Positions 28,149-37,839 of a DNA stretch of 54,041 nt are shown one piece after another. Below the pieces are notes generated by a model, which was given only the letters and a program-made list of their open reading frames with translations, had not been told where the DNA came from and made no database searches. Both the position numbers and the translations under genes were made by a program. Each line of letters opens with the position of its first letter. Position 1 is the stretch's first letter. Source of the DNA: Candidatus Woesearchaeota archaeon (GTDB taxonomy: Archaea; Nanobdellota; Nanobdellia; Woesearchaeales; UBA12501); NCBI GenBank assembly GCA_046484055.1, contig JAWOBY010000021.1, forward strand, positions 1 to 54,041. The letters run 5' to 3'.

Positions 28149-30038
28149 TCATCTGTTGTCAGATCCGAACGGGATGTATCTCATGCCTCCCCCTTCATAA
28201 AACTTTGTGAAAAACTCCACATAATGCAGCCTTAAAGAGTGGAGGAACGGGCTGATGAGGCCCAGACATATGTTTATGGTGTGGCCTATGACAAGCAGGA
28301 TCGCTCCGCCTATGGCGCCAGCAATCCCTGCCGCGAAAAGCCCTCCCGCAAGGTCGTTGACCACGACAGCGAGAGTTACCGAGGCAAGCCCTACTGCCAT
28401 AAGCCTCGCGTATGAGAGCATATGGCTGAATATCGTCGGTATCTCCACAAGGCCCTTGGCCCCTTCGCCCTTGTATATCATCACGACCGACAATGCGATC
28501 ACAACAAAACCAACCCATGGAAGCGGTTTGGGTGAGATATAATCAGTGTATGCCAGGGCAACAAGCACTGCGCCGGCCTCAAGCACCAGCCAGCTAATCT
28601 TTTCGAACACTGCCTTAACAAAACCGTGTGACATGAGCTCATTGTAGAATCCTATAAGGATACCTATGTTGATGTGGGCCGCCCCTATCGCTATGGCCAT
28701 CGTGAGCAGGCCCTGCGTGTCGTGGTGCCTGTTGATTAGGATTGGGTCGTAAAGCTCCAGTCCGAAATACTCCGCGAATAATGCCCCGAATACCATCGTC
28801 GAGATCGAGGCGAGTATCATGGCATTGACCAGTCTTCCGAAGTCGCCTTTTATCCTTGTCCTGAGTATGAGGAAAAGCACAAGTGTGACGAGGCCGTAGC
28901 CGACATCCCCCAGCATGAATCCGTAGAATAGGGGGAATGTGAGGAACATCAGGAAAGTGGGGTCTATCTCCTTGTATTTGGGCAGTGTGTAAAGGTCCAT
29001 GAACCATTCATAGAATCCCACTGGGTTGGGGTTCTTCAGCTTTATTGGTATGTCCTCCTCGTTCCTCACGGGCTCATGGGTTATGTAGATCCTCTCTTTA
29101 GTTGTGGTGTTGAGCTGCTTGATGACATTGTTCATCCTCTTTGTAGGGACCCATCCTCTTATGGTGAATGATTTCTCTGTCGCGCCGAACCTGAGCGGAG
29201 CTTCCGCTTTCTCAGCCTTCATTGAAAGAAGCTTCTCATGAAGGACAAGGTAATCCTTCTCCTCTTTCCTTGTCTTCTCCCTGTGCTTCTCTATTTCATT
29301 GATCCTCCTTCGCAGCTTCTTCTGCTCTTCCTTCAGCTTTTTGAGATGCTCGGCAGCGCTTCCTTTTACCCCTTCAGCAGGGCTTGCGTCAATCTCAGAG
29401 TATCCCTTTCCTGCCAGGACATCCATGACTTCCTTCTGTTTCTCTTTTTCAAAGAAAACAGCGATGAGGGTTGAGTTGTCCTTCCCTGCATGGCGGAGCT
29501 TGTATCCTGTATTCCTGTTGTTGAGCTCCTCCCTGATCTGCCTTATTCCCTCTTCACTGCTGATCCTGCCGATGGTGTATGACAATGATTCATATCCTGA
29601 AAGGTCTTCCGGCTCAAGCTTGAGGAGTTTCAGGATCTCAAAAAGTTCCGCTCTCTCCTCCAGCTGTTTCAGATCCTCCCTCATCTCCCTGAGGTTCTCT
29701 GTCTTTTTTGAAAGGTCATTCATGATCTTCTCGGCTTTTCTCCCCGCCTCTTTTATCCTGCCCCGCGTGAGCTTCGCTTCCTCCTGCTCGAGCCTTGACC
29801 GGCTGATCCTCTCCTCTTCAGGGTTTATGCCCAGCGAGGAGCAGAGGGACCTTATCTTGACAAGGCTGTCTGATACGCTTTCAGAATCAGGGGAGGGGGA
29901 GCCTATGTCCAGCTCCTCGCTCTTCTCGTGGTCCACGATATGATATATCTTAAGGCTGTAAAGCTTGTCTATCACATCCCCCATCACAGTCTTGGGGCCC
30001 ATGATGGTCATCTTCGACATACTTTCCGGCTTGAACAT
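28149..30038 (-). CDS. atpI: A/V-type ATP synthase subunit I/a
   Basis: PKYKEIDPT, GFMLGDVGYG, SYARLMA, HSLRLHYVEFF. Confidence 0.96.
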   Translation of the reverse strand: MFKPESMSKMTIMGPKTVMGDVIDKLYSLKIYHIVDHEKSEELDIGSPSPDSESVSDSLVKIRSLCSSLGINPEEERISRSRLEQEEAKLTRGRIKEAGRKAEKIMNDLSKKTENLREMREDLKQLEERAELFEILKLLKLEPEDLSGYESLSYTIGRISSEEGIRQIREELNNRNTGYKLRHAGKDNSTLIAVFFEKEKQKEVMDVLAGKGYSEIDASPAEGVKGSAAEHLKKLKEEQKKLRRRINEIEKHREKTRKEEKDYLVLHEKLLSMKAEKAEAPLRFGATEKSFTIRGWVPTKRMNNVIKQLNTTTKERIYITHEPVRNEEDIPIKLKNPNPVGFYEWFMDLYTLPKYKEIDPTFLMFLTFPLFYGFMLGDVGYGLVTLVLFLILRTRIKGDFGRLVNAMILASISTMVFGALFAEYFGLELYDPILINRHHDTQGLLTMAIAIGAAHINIGILIGFYNELMSHGFVKAVFEKISWLVLEAGAVLVALAYTDYISPKPLPWVGFVVIALSVVMIYKGEGAKGLVEIPTIFSHMLSYARLMAVGLASVTLAVVVNDLAGGLFAAGIAGAIGGAILLVIGHTINICLGLISPFLHSLRLHYVEFFTKFYEGGGMRYIPFGSDNR

Positions 30039-30136
30039 TTTCCTTTCGCTAGGTCCTTTTGCTGGACAACCCCCTCATGACATGTTTGATGATTGTATGC
30101 TTGATAATAATGATCATATGCTTGTTACATCTGATT

Positions 30137-30206
30137 CTTCAATCTGTCTCCTCTTCAATCTGTCTCCCCTTCAATCTGTCTCCCCTTCAATCTGTCTCCC
30201 CTTCAA
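30137..30206. repeat. 16-bp tandem repeat (4.4 copies) duplicating the atpH stop codon region
   Basis: CTTCAATCTGTCTCCC units; the minus strand reads GAA GGG GAG ACA GAT TGA. Confidence 0.92.
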
Positions 30207-30513
30207 GCTTTTTGAGAATGAGCTCCTCTGCTTTCCCTGAGTTGTCCTTTGCCTTCATCTCTATCCTTTCCGCCTCTTCCCTGCCCTTCCTTGTTATCTC
30301 TTTTTTCTTGTCTTCCAGCTCCGCCGATTTTTTCCTGAGGAGCTCGTCCATGTCCCTGTCTGTCTTCTCTTTCTTCTGCTGGAGGCGGTCCATGGATTCC
30401 TGGTTGGCCTTGCTGATCATTTCAGACCTTCTTTTTTCAGCATCCTCCACTATCTTCCTCGCCTTCTCTTCAGCGTCCTTGATGTCCCTGATCGCGTTAT
30501 CCATCTTTTCCAC
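30187..30513 (-). CDS. atpH: A/V-type ATP synthase subunit H/G (peripheral stalk)
   Basis: Charged coiled coil IKDAEEKARKIVEDA; first gene of the operon. Confidence 0.85.
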   Translation of the reverse strand: MEKMDNAIRDIKDAEEKARKIVEDAEKRRSEMISKANQESMDRLQQKKEKTDRDMDELLRKKSAELEDKKKEITRKGREEAERIEMKAKDNSGKAEELILKKLEGETD

Positions 30514-30700
30514 CTTCTGTCAGTCTTATTAATATGCAAAGCTTACCATTGAGTGTGCAAAGGTATGCAGGATATTCCCTTTCTATTAGGGGGACCTTAT
30601 AAAGTTATACTAAATAGTCTATTTAGTTCTCGTTATCATGGTTGTTCTTATGCTTTTTCACCCAACTGCCCGGCCATCCTTATTGTTTTCGCGACCATGT

Positions 30701-31594
30701 TCATTGCTCCACCAGGTTGGTCACCGCCCAGTCCATCAGCACCTCGCTTATGCTGCCGAAGTAATGCCTGACTCTTATCTTGTAGTACGATTTTATGTCC
30801 ACTACCTTGTCCTCCTTCATCCTGAATATCTTCCTGGCGAATTTTATGACATAATTGTAATCCAGGCTCTTTTCAGGGTCAAGGGCCACTTCTATCACAT
30901 CCTTCAGGGAACTCATGAGTTCTGTTATGCTCTCGATGAATGCCTTGTCCTTCCTGTCCACCAGTATGAGGTGGTCCACCATCCTCTCAAGATCCTTCGC
31001 TATCAGGCTTATGTAATGCAGGTTTATGGTCTTCATCCTGGTCTCCCTGTTGAATGTTATGGAGCTTATCACAGACTTGTCTATGAGCAGCCTGTTGCGG
31101 TCTATTTCCTCCTCGTAACGCTGTATGAGCTCCTCATTGTAGTTCCTTGTCATCACGATGAGCATGTTCTTTATCTTGCTCACCAAGGTCCTCAGGAGTA
31201 TGTCAGGCTCGCTGACCCCGAATGATGACTCGCAGGTCACCTTCTTGCCCTCTATCTCCATGAGCTCCACAGAAAGAAGCCGTTTCTGATCAAGGAGCTT
31301 CCTCTGGTCCAGTGCCTTCTCAAGATTGATAGTGAATGAGTCGAGAGGGTTGATATAGCACGCGACCACCAGCTTGTTTATTATCTCAAGATTGTCCTCG
31401 CTTACAGAAAGGTTTATCTTTTTCCGTTTCTTGTCGACAAGCTTGGGGGTGATCACCAGGCTGCCGCCGCTGCCCTGTCTGATGCCGACTTTTGAGGCAG
31501 CGCCTATCTTGTGCTCCCTGCACCATGAAGTGGGGAGATACATGTAATGCATGTCCCCTGTCTTCTGTATCTTTCTTATGTCCATACTATCCAT
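30701..31594 (-). CDS. AbrB-domain PhoU-family phosphate uptake regulator
   Basis: IRKIQKTG...LPTSW (AbrB), VACYI, YEEEIDR, KDLERMVDH (PhoU). Confidence 0.85.
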   Translation of the reverse strand: MDSMDIRKIQKTGDMHYMYLPTSWCREHKIGAASKVGIRQGSGGSLVITPKLVDKKRKKINLSVSEDNLEIINKLVVACYINPLDSFTINLEKALDQRKLLDQKRLLSVELMEIEGKKVTCESSFGVSEPDILLRTLVSKIKNMLIVMTRNYNEELIQRYEEEIDRNRLLIDKSVISSITFNRETRMKTINLHYISLIAKDLERMVDHLILVDRKDKAFIESITELMSSLKDVIEVALDPEKSLDYNYVIKFARKIFRMKEDKVVDIKSYYKIRVRHYFGSISEVLMDWAVTNLVEQ

Positions 31595-31995
31595 ACTAAA
31601 TAGGTGGCAAATACCACCTATTTATAAATCTTTTCATATACCATTATAAATCATGACACAGAGAAACGGCTGAAAGCAGTAAAATTAAGGAAAGAACAGG
31701 CCTGATTTAAATGTTTCTGAACACCTGAAATGAGAATCTGATGAGGCATGTAAAAAAGGGCATGAAAAACCATATAGTAGGAGAAAAACCATGGTATGAG
31801 AATACAGTGGATTGCACGCCGGACCATCCTCTAACAGAGAATGCCTTAACAGATTGCCTTAACAAATAGTCAAACAGCGCCTGAACAAATAGGCGTATGT
31901 AAAACATTTAGGGATTCCCGCTCTTTAGCCATACATCAGCCCTACATAAAACATTTGGGTTGTATTAATCAATGACCTGCAAAAAACAGCGCATC

Positions 31996-32202
31996 ATGGG
32001 ATTCCAGGAGATACAGCAGATAATGATCTATTTCTGCATATTCATAACAGGCCTCATAGCGGGAAGGCTGTCCATGGCGATACAGTATGCGGTGATGAAA
32101 AGCCCGGATGAAGAGGGCTCAGGCCGGAAAGGACAAGGAGAGAAAGGCCAAAAAGATCAGGCCAGGAATGAGCAGGAGCATGAAAACCGCCGGAAGAAAT
32201 GA
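31996..32202 (+). CDS. Small membrane protein with charged tail
   Basis: MGFQEIQQIMIYFCIFITGLIAGRLSMAIQYAVMK..., one TM helix. Confidence 0.6.
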   Translation: MGFQEIQQIMIYFCIFITGLIAGRLSMAIQYAVMKSPDEEGSGRKGQGEKGQKDQARNEQEHENRRKK

Positions 32203-32440
32203 TAAGCCGGCGGAAGGAATGATAAGGCAAAACAAGAATAATAAGACAAAACAAAAGACAATGATATAACAAATACAAAATATTGACACAGGATGATAGC
32301 GGGAAAAAAAGAAAAACAATAGGAGACAGAAAAACAGGAGGATAGCATGAAAGGATCCAAAAGAATCAAAATATTTAAATATTCATGATGCGGAATGCCT
32401 GAAATCAGGACAAGAAAGATTAAAAGAGGAGAAAAAAAGA

Positions 32441-32947
32441 GTGAAATCAGTGAGACCGAGGAAAGCGCAGGCGGGAAAGGTCTTCATGTATGCTCTCACA
32501 CTGATAGTGGTGGCCATGATACTTCTGTTCGGATACAAGGCGATAGCTAAAGTGACAGAGACATCAGAAGCAGCCACAATGGCGCAGTTCAAGAACAACC
32601 TGAGGAACAAGATAGACACCGCGTCATCCCACGGCAGGATAACCACAGAAGAGTTCGAGACCCCTATGAAATTCAAGGCGATATGCTTTGTGGCAGAGGA
32701 CAATCCTGACGATCTCAATCGGGAATTCGTCCAGGATTACCCGTGGGGCGCTGATGTGGCAGACTCCCCTGACAACGCCTTCCTTTTTGACGGCCAGAAC
32801 ATAGACCCCTTCAAGGTGGACAATTTTGAGATTGACGATGGGGATGAGTTCGCATACGGGCCTGACGCATTGTGTGTCCCGATAAACAACGGCCAGTTCA
32901 GCCTCAGGCTTGAGGGTCTCGGCGACAGGACACTGATAAACAGTTAA
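32441..32947 (+). CDS. Class III signal-peptide (pilin-like) protein
   Basis: RKA/QAGKVFMYALTLIVVAMILLFGYKAI; two Cys in a beta domain. Confidence 0.75.
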   Translation: MKSVRPRKAQAGKVFMYALTLIVVAMILLFGYKAIAKVTETSEAATMAQFKNNLRNKIDTASSHGRITTEEFETPMKFKAICFVAEDNPDDLNREFVQDYPWGADVADSPDNAFLFDGQNIDPFKVDNFEIDDGDEFAYGPDALCVPINNGQFSLRLEGLGDRTLINS

Positions 32948-33120
32948 GACATAAACAGTTAAAACACAACCAAGAATCTGAACATCTGAATGATGGGAAT
33001 CACCACAATATTTATAAAAAAGCCCTAGAAACCCAGAACAGTAAGAACATAATTGAAGGTTAAGACAATAATCAACCAAACCAATAGATAAGTACAAAAA
33101 ACCAGTGAGGGGGTGTTTTG

Positions 33121-35082
33121 ATGAACATAATATTGCCGATAGTTATAAGTATTCTTGCTCTCGCTTTCGCGGGGCTGACAGCGTGGAGGGTGATGAAGAA
33201 GTCCGCGGGCAACGCGAAGATGAAGGATCTCTCACAGATGATCTATGAGGGTGCGATGACATTCCTCAACAGGGAGTATAAGATACTCTCCATATTCCTT
33301 CTGGTGGTGGCGGTCATACTCTACTTTGTGATAGGCCGTGAGATAGCCATCGCCTTCATCTTCGGGGGAATATTCTCCGCCCTTGCAGGCAACATAGGGA
33401 TGAGGATAGCAACAAAAGCGAATGCGAGGACAGCTGCGGGAGCTAAAAGATCAGTCAATGAAGGGCTGGGTATAGCATTCTCATCAGGAACAGTCATGGG
33501 GATGTGTGTTGTCGGCCTCGGCCTGCTGGGGGTTGCATCCCTCTACTGGATATTCGGGGACCCGCAGATAATATACGGCTTCGGTTTCGGAGCGTCATCG
33601 ATCGCCCTGTTTGCAAGGGTGGGCGGAGGAATATACACAAAAGCAGCTGATGTCGGAGCTGACCTTGTAGGAAAGGTAGAGGCAGGGATACCTGAGGATG
33701 ACCCGAGGAATCCGGCGGTCATAGCAGACAATGTCGGCGACAATGTCGGAGACGTAGCGGGCATGGGCGCTGACCTCTTTGAGAGTTATGTGGACAGCAT
33801 GATAGCAGCGATGGTGCTGGGAGTGAGCATGACCGCAGCCGCAGACAATTCATATGTGATGCTTCCCATGGCGCTCGCAGCCTCAGGGATAGTCGCCGCA
33901 GTGGCCGGCACATTGTTCGTGAAGACCACGGGGAAAAGCAGGATACATTCAGCGCTCAACAAGGGAGTGTTCGCAAGCTCTATCCTGATGATAATATTCG
34001 CCTTCATCATAATAAGGTACATGGTGGGCGAGATGGGCATCTTCTATGCTACTATCTCAGGGCTTATTGCCGGAGTTGTGATAGGCCTCTCCACAGAGTA
34101 TTACACATCGAATGACAGGAAGCCCGCGCAGAAGATCGCGGAAGCGTCAAAGACAGGAGCTGCAACAAACATAATACACGGCATCGCAACTGGAATGATC
34201 AGCACGGTCATACCTGTTCTTGCGGTCTGCGCTGCAATCTTCCTTGCATACTATTTCGCAGGGATATACGGCATCGCGATAGCCGCAGTGGGCATGCTCA
34301 GCACGCTGGGGATAACTCTTGCTACAGACACTTACGGCCCTGTGGCAGATAACGCTGCAGGAATCGCGGAGATGGCAGGAATGGGCAAGGAAGTGAGAAA
34401 GAAGGCGGAAAGCCTCGACGCTGTAGGCAACACCACGGCAGCGATAGGGAAAGGTTTCGCCATAGGATCCGCAGCCCTCACAGCCCTCGCATTGTTTGTG
34501 AGCTACACAGAACTCACAGGGCTTTCAGGCATAAACATCAGCAGCCCCAATGTGATCATAGGCCTGTTCATAGGTGCGGTGATGCCTTTCGTGTTCTCTG
34601 CAATGAGCATGAGCGCTGTGGGCAACGCAGCGTATGACATGGTTGAAGAGGTCAGGAGACAGTTCAAGAGCATCAAGGGCCTGATGAAAGGAAAGACAAA
34701 GCCGGATTACAAGCGATGTATTGACATAAGCACTACAGCTGCCCTGAAGGAGATGGTGATCCCGAGCCTGCTTACAGTGCTGATGCCGATAATAATCGGG
34801 CTGACACTGGGAGCAGAGGCGTTGGGGGGTCTTTTGGCAGGAGCGATCTCGACAGGATTCCTTCTTGCGGTCTTCATGGCCAACTCAGGCGGAGCGTGGG
34901 ACAACGCAAAGAAGTACATTGAGGAGGGCCATTACGGCGGCAAGAATTCAGAATCCCACAAGGCGGCTGTGGTGGGCGACACAGTAGGCGACCCTTTCAA
35001 GGATACCTCTGGGCCGAGCCTGAACATACTCATCAAGCTGATGAGCATAGTTGCCCTTGTCTTCGTGCCATTGTTCATATGA
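33121..35082 (+). CDS. hppA: K+-dependent, probably Na+-translocating membrane pyrophosphatase
   Basis: [40 protein letters not shown] (Ala = K+-dependent), [14 protein letters not shown]. Confidence 0.96.
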   Translation: MNIILPIVISILALAFAGLTAWRVMKKSAGNAKMKDLSQMIYEGAMTFLNREYKILSIFLLVVAVILYFVIGREIAIAFIFGGIFSALAGNIGMRIATKANARTAAGAKRSVNEGLGIAFSSGTVMGMCVVGLGLLGVASLYWIFGDPQIIYGFGFGASSIALFARVGGGIYTKAADVGADLVGKVEAGIPEDDPRNPAVIADNVGDNVGDVAGMGADLFESYVDSMIAAMVLGVSMTAAADNSYVMLPMALAASGIVAAVAGTLFVKTTGKSRIHSALNKGVFASSILMIIFAFIIIRYMVGEMGIFYATISGLIAGVVIGLSTEYYTSNDRKPAQKIAEASKTGAATNIIHGIATGMISTVIPVLAVCAAIFLAYYFAGIYGIAIAAVGMLSTLGITLATDTYGPVADNAAGIAEMAGMGKEVRKKAESLDAVGNTTAAIGKGFAIGSAALTALALFVSYTELTGLSGINISSPNVIIGLFIGAVMPFVFSAMSMSAVGNAAYDMVEEVRRQFKSIKGLMKGKTKPDYKRCIDISTTAALKEMVIPSLLTVLMPIIIGLTLGAEALGGLLAGAISTGFLLAVFMANSGGAWDNAKKYIEEGHYGGKNSESHKAAVVGDTVGDPFKDTSGPSLNILIKLMSIVALVFVPLFI

Positions 35083-35208
35083 GCATTATGTGGGTGCCGG
35101 CTAAACAGGTATCGGTGAACAGAAAGCGGACAATATGGCAATGATCTGTTTTTTATTTTTTTATCTATTTACTTTTTATGTTTCTCATCCTTTCCTGTAT
35201 TGCTTCAG

Positions 35209-35784
35209 TCATTTCTGAAGAATCATCTCCCTGGGCTCAAGAGAGATTATATCATAATCTGTGCGCTTTATCTCTTCCTCGCTGAGGATGATTGAGTCCT
35301 TTTTGGCGATGTACTCGCAGCACACGAACAAACCCCCCTCCCTGGTGCGGCTGTAGGCGCTGTGCATTATTTCAGAGGCCCAACCCTTGAGCATGGTTTC
35401 AACCATCTTTTTCCCGTCCTCATGATTCATGAGTGAATGATACACCATCGGGCCGTACTTGTCCCTGAACCTGTTGAGCTGGGCCTGCCTGCACATCACC
35501 CCGTTCGCTATTACCATGTCTAATCTTTTGCCGCCCATCATGCTTTCCATGTCACCCGCGTCTGCATGGATGAGGTATTCATCCGAGAAAGAGCGGTTTA
35601 TGTCCACCCCAAAAGCATCAAATCCTCTCTCCCTCAGGGATTTGACATAATCACCACTGCCGCAGCCTATCTCAAGGACTGAATCGATGGGGTGTTCAGC
35701 GCAGAGGGATGTGACAAGCTCATCCATCCTGCTGTAATGCGCTAGCGGATCCACCGCATCCCTCATTATTGCTAATTGGCCCAT
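35209..35784 (-). CDS. Class I SAM-dependent methyltransferase
   Basis: VLEIGCGSG, GVDI, ADA. Confidence 0.82.
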   Translation of the reverse strand: MGQLAIMRDAVDPLAHYSRMDELVTSLCAEHPIDSVLEIGCGSGDYVKSLRERGFDAFGVDINRSFSDEYLIHADAGDMESMMGGKRLDMVIANGVMCRQAQLNRFRDKYGPMVYHSLMNHEDGKKMVETMLKGWASEIMHSAYSRTREGGLFVCCEYIAKKDSIILSEEEIKRTDYDIISLEPREMILQK

Positions 35785-36012
35785 ACTGCAGGGTGCAGAA
35801 CTCCTATTTATAAAGCTTTCGTTTTTTAACCACTATAAAGTAATAATTAATTTCGTATCGTAGCGCCCAGATGGGCCTGAATATACAGTGGCATGCACCC
35901 GGATACAAACTGCCTGCCCCAAAACACATACTCCTGCAGGATTTCACAAAACTTTTTATATGAATTATTGATATATTCCCCTATGAAACGGATTGTCAGG
36001 AAATTCTCAAGG

Positions 36013-36402
36013 ATGAAAGACAATGTAAAGGACAGGATTGCGGGCAGGGAATACAAGCAGGTGATCCTTATGAGAGAAGACCTCAAGCTGCCCAAGGGAA
36101 AGATGGCTGTCCAGGCAGCGCACGCCTCAGTGAGCGCACTGATGGACGCGCAGAGGAGAGGGGACGATGATATCATCCACACGTGGAAAGAACAGGGCAT
36201 GAAGAAAGTGGTCCTCAGGGCCGGAAGCCTCAATGAACTGAAAGAATACGAGAAGCAGGCAAGGATAAGGAAGCTCCCCGCCGCGGCCATAACAGACGCG
36301 GGCAGGACAGTGGTGGAACCAGGGACAACAACCTGCCTGGGAATAGGGCCTGCAGAAGAGAAGAAGATTGATGAGATCAGCGGAAACCTGAAATCCTATT
36401 AA
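36013..36402 (+). CDS. pth2: Peptidyl-tRNA hydrolase Pth2
   Basis: KQVILMREDL, GKMAVQAAHA, KKVVL, DAGRT, TCLGIGP. Confidence 0.95.
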   Translation: MKDNVKDRIAGREYKQVILMREDLKLPKGKMAVQAAHASVSALMDAQRRGDDDIIHTWKEQGMKKVVLRAGSLNELKEYEKQARIRKLPAAAITDAGRTVVEPGTTTCLGIGPAEEKKIDEISGNLKSY

Positions 36403-36437
36403 GATCATATCAATAAACAATCTGAAAGGCGATCATT

Positions 36438-37049
36438 TTGGCAGAGAACCGCAATGCAATCGAATACCCCTCTCCGGCCCATGTGGTTAAGTGTTTCTTC
36501 AAACCTGAGATGTACAGGCCTGATATGAGCGTGAACACTCTTGAAGACATTGACACAGCCCTGCTTGAACAGAGAGAAGGGATCCACTCGTACATACTCG
36601 ACGCTGACCACACCCTTCTCGGATTCAATGACTGCAGTATTGATGAGAGAGTGGCAGAGAGGTTCAATGAGATGAGGAAGTCATACGGGCTGTGCATACT
36701 CACCAACAGCCCAGGTTACAGGAGGAATAAGCTCGCGGATCATTTCAGGGAGATAGATGTGAAAGTTATAGAATCAGAGTATCTGAAACCAAGACTCAGA
36801 GCATTCAACGACGCGCTGTCATATCTGGGAGAGAGGCCTTCCAATACCTCATTGGTGAGTGACATGCTGATAGACATATTCGGCGCGAACCTCGCCGGAA
36901 TCTACTCTGTGAAGGTTGAACCGATGGGGATTGAGCATTCCCCCCTCCCCGTAAGAGCAGTCCTTGGTGTTGACAGGGCATTAGCTGCTGCAGCCCGGAT
37001 GTTTTATAGCGACACTCCTGAGAGGGATATACAGAAGAGCGGCCCATAG
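36438..37049 (+). CDS. YqeG-like HAD IIIA phosphatase
   Basis: ILDADHTL, ILTN, KP, SDMLIDIFGANLAG. Confidence 0.82.
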   Translation: MAENRNAIEYPSPAHVVKCFFKPEMYRPDMSVNTLEDIDTALLEQREGIHSYILDADHTLLGFNDCSIDERVAERFNEMRKSYGLCILTNSPGYRRNKLADHFREIDVKVIESEYLKPRLRAFNDALSYLGERPSNTSLVSDMLIDIFGANLAGIYSVKVEPMGIEHSPLPVRAVLGVDRALAAAARMFYSDTPERDIQKSGP

Positions 37050-37141
37050 AAGAACAGATCATGAAACACGAGGGTATGAAAGATGAGGGCCATAAGAGAT
37101 AAAGGGATATAAAATAACAAAAACTCGCCGCTCGGAGCTGA

Positions 37142-37330
37142 TGCAAATCATTTCGGATTTGCAGGCCTTAAAATACCCTGCATTTTTATGAGGTTCCAAA
37201 CCTTGTTTTTGGAACTAAGAAAATACGGAGTATTTTCTGTTGGCGGAGTTTTACGCTCCTCGCCTTGAGAGGCGAGTTTTTGGATTTGAAAATGCTGCGC
37301 AATTTTCAAATAAGGAGTGTAAAGAATGCA
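37142..37330. repeat. Nested palindromic intergenic element, copy D
   Basis: 37191-37243 matches 12457-12509 at 49/53 nt; further hairpins TGCAAATC/GATTTGCA, TTTACGCTCCT/AGGAGTGTAAA, CTCGCC/GGCGAG, ATTTGAAAAT/ATTTTCAAAT. Confidence 0.85.
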
Positions 37331-37378
37331 AAAAAATAGAATAAAAAAACAGAAGAGGTCATAAGAACGCAAGAGCAT

Positions 37379-37639
37379 TCAGAGCTTGGGGTTCTTGCTT
37401 GCCTTGAATGTCATGACGCTTCTTGCCGGGATCTTGAGCTTCTCGCCGGTCTGGGGATTGATTCCGGTCCTTGCCTTTCTCTTGGAAAGTTTGAAAGTGC
37501 CGAATCCCACAAGCTGCACGGGAGACTTCTTTATCCCAGTGTTTATGTTCTTCAATACCGATGCCAAAGCGCGCGAAGCATCCGCCTTTGACAGCTTTGT
37601 TTCCTTTGCTACTGCTTCAATCAGTTCTGCCTTGTTCAT
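37379..37639 (-). CDS. hup: HU-family DNA-binding protein
   Basis: MNKAELIEAVA, VQLVGFGTF, RKARTGINPQTGE..IPA, FKAS. Confidence 0.95.
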   Translation of the reverse strand: MNKAELIEAVAKETKLSKADASRALASVLKNINTGIKKSPVQLVGFGTFKLSKRKARTGINPQTGEKLKIPARSVMTFKASKNPKL

Positions 37640-37771
37640 TTATGCACCTCTTGTTTGTTTGTTGGGTTTTTACTCTTTTCCTGATGCGGGAAAACAGACG
37701 ATATATAAAGGTTATGGTAAAAAGGCCTCTCCAAAGCCCCTTACCTCCTGCGAAAAAGCGCGAAGAAGCAG

Positions 37772-37827
37772 GGGGAAACATGACAGAGGAAACATAATAG
37801 AGGGAACATAACGGAGGGAACACGACG
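37772..37827. repeat. Degenerate 14-bp tandem repeat x4
   Basis: GGGGAAACATGACA / GAGGAAACATAATA / GAGGGAACATAACG / GAGGGAACACGACG. Confidence 0.7.
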
Positions 37828-37839
37828 GAACTCAAAGCC

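Noticed and set aside
30137-30206. Tandem repeats as a CRISPR array
   Set aside because: Units are contiguous with no unique spacers, are too short, and no cas genes are present
37148-37378. 76-aa minus-strand ORF downstream of HU
   Set aside because: Spans the T-rich terminator and hairpin element D; composition is not protein-like
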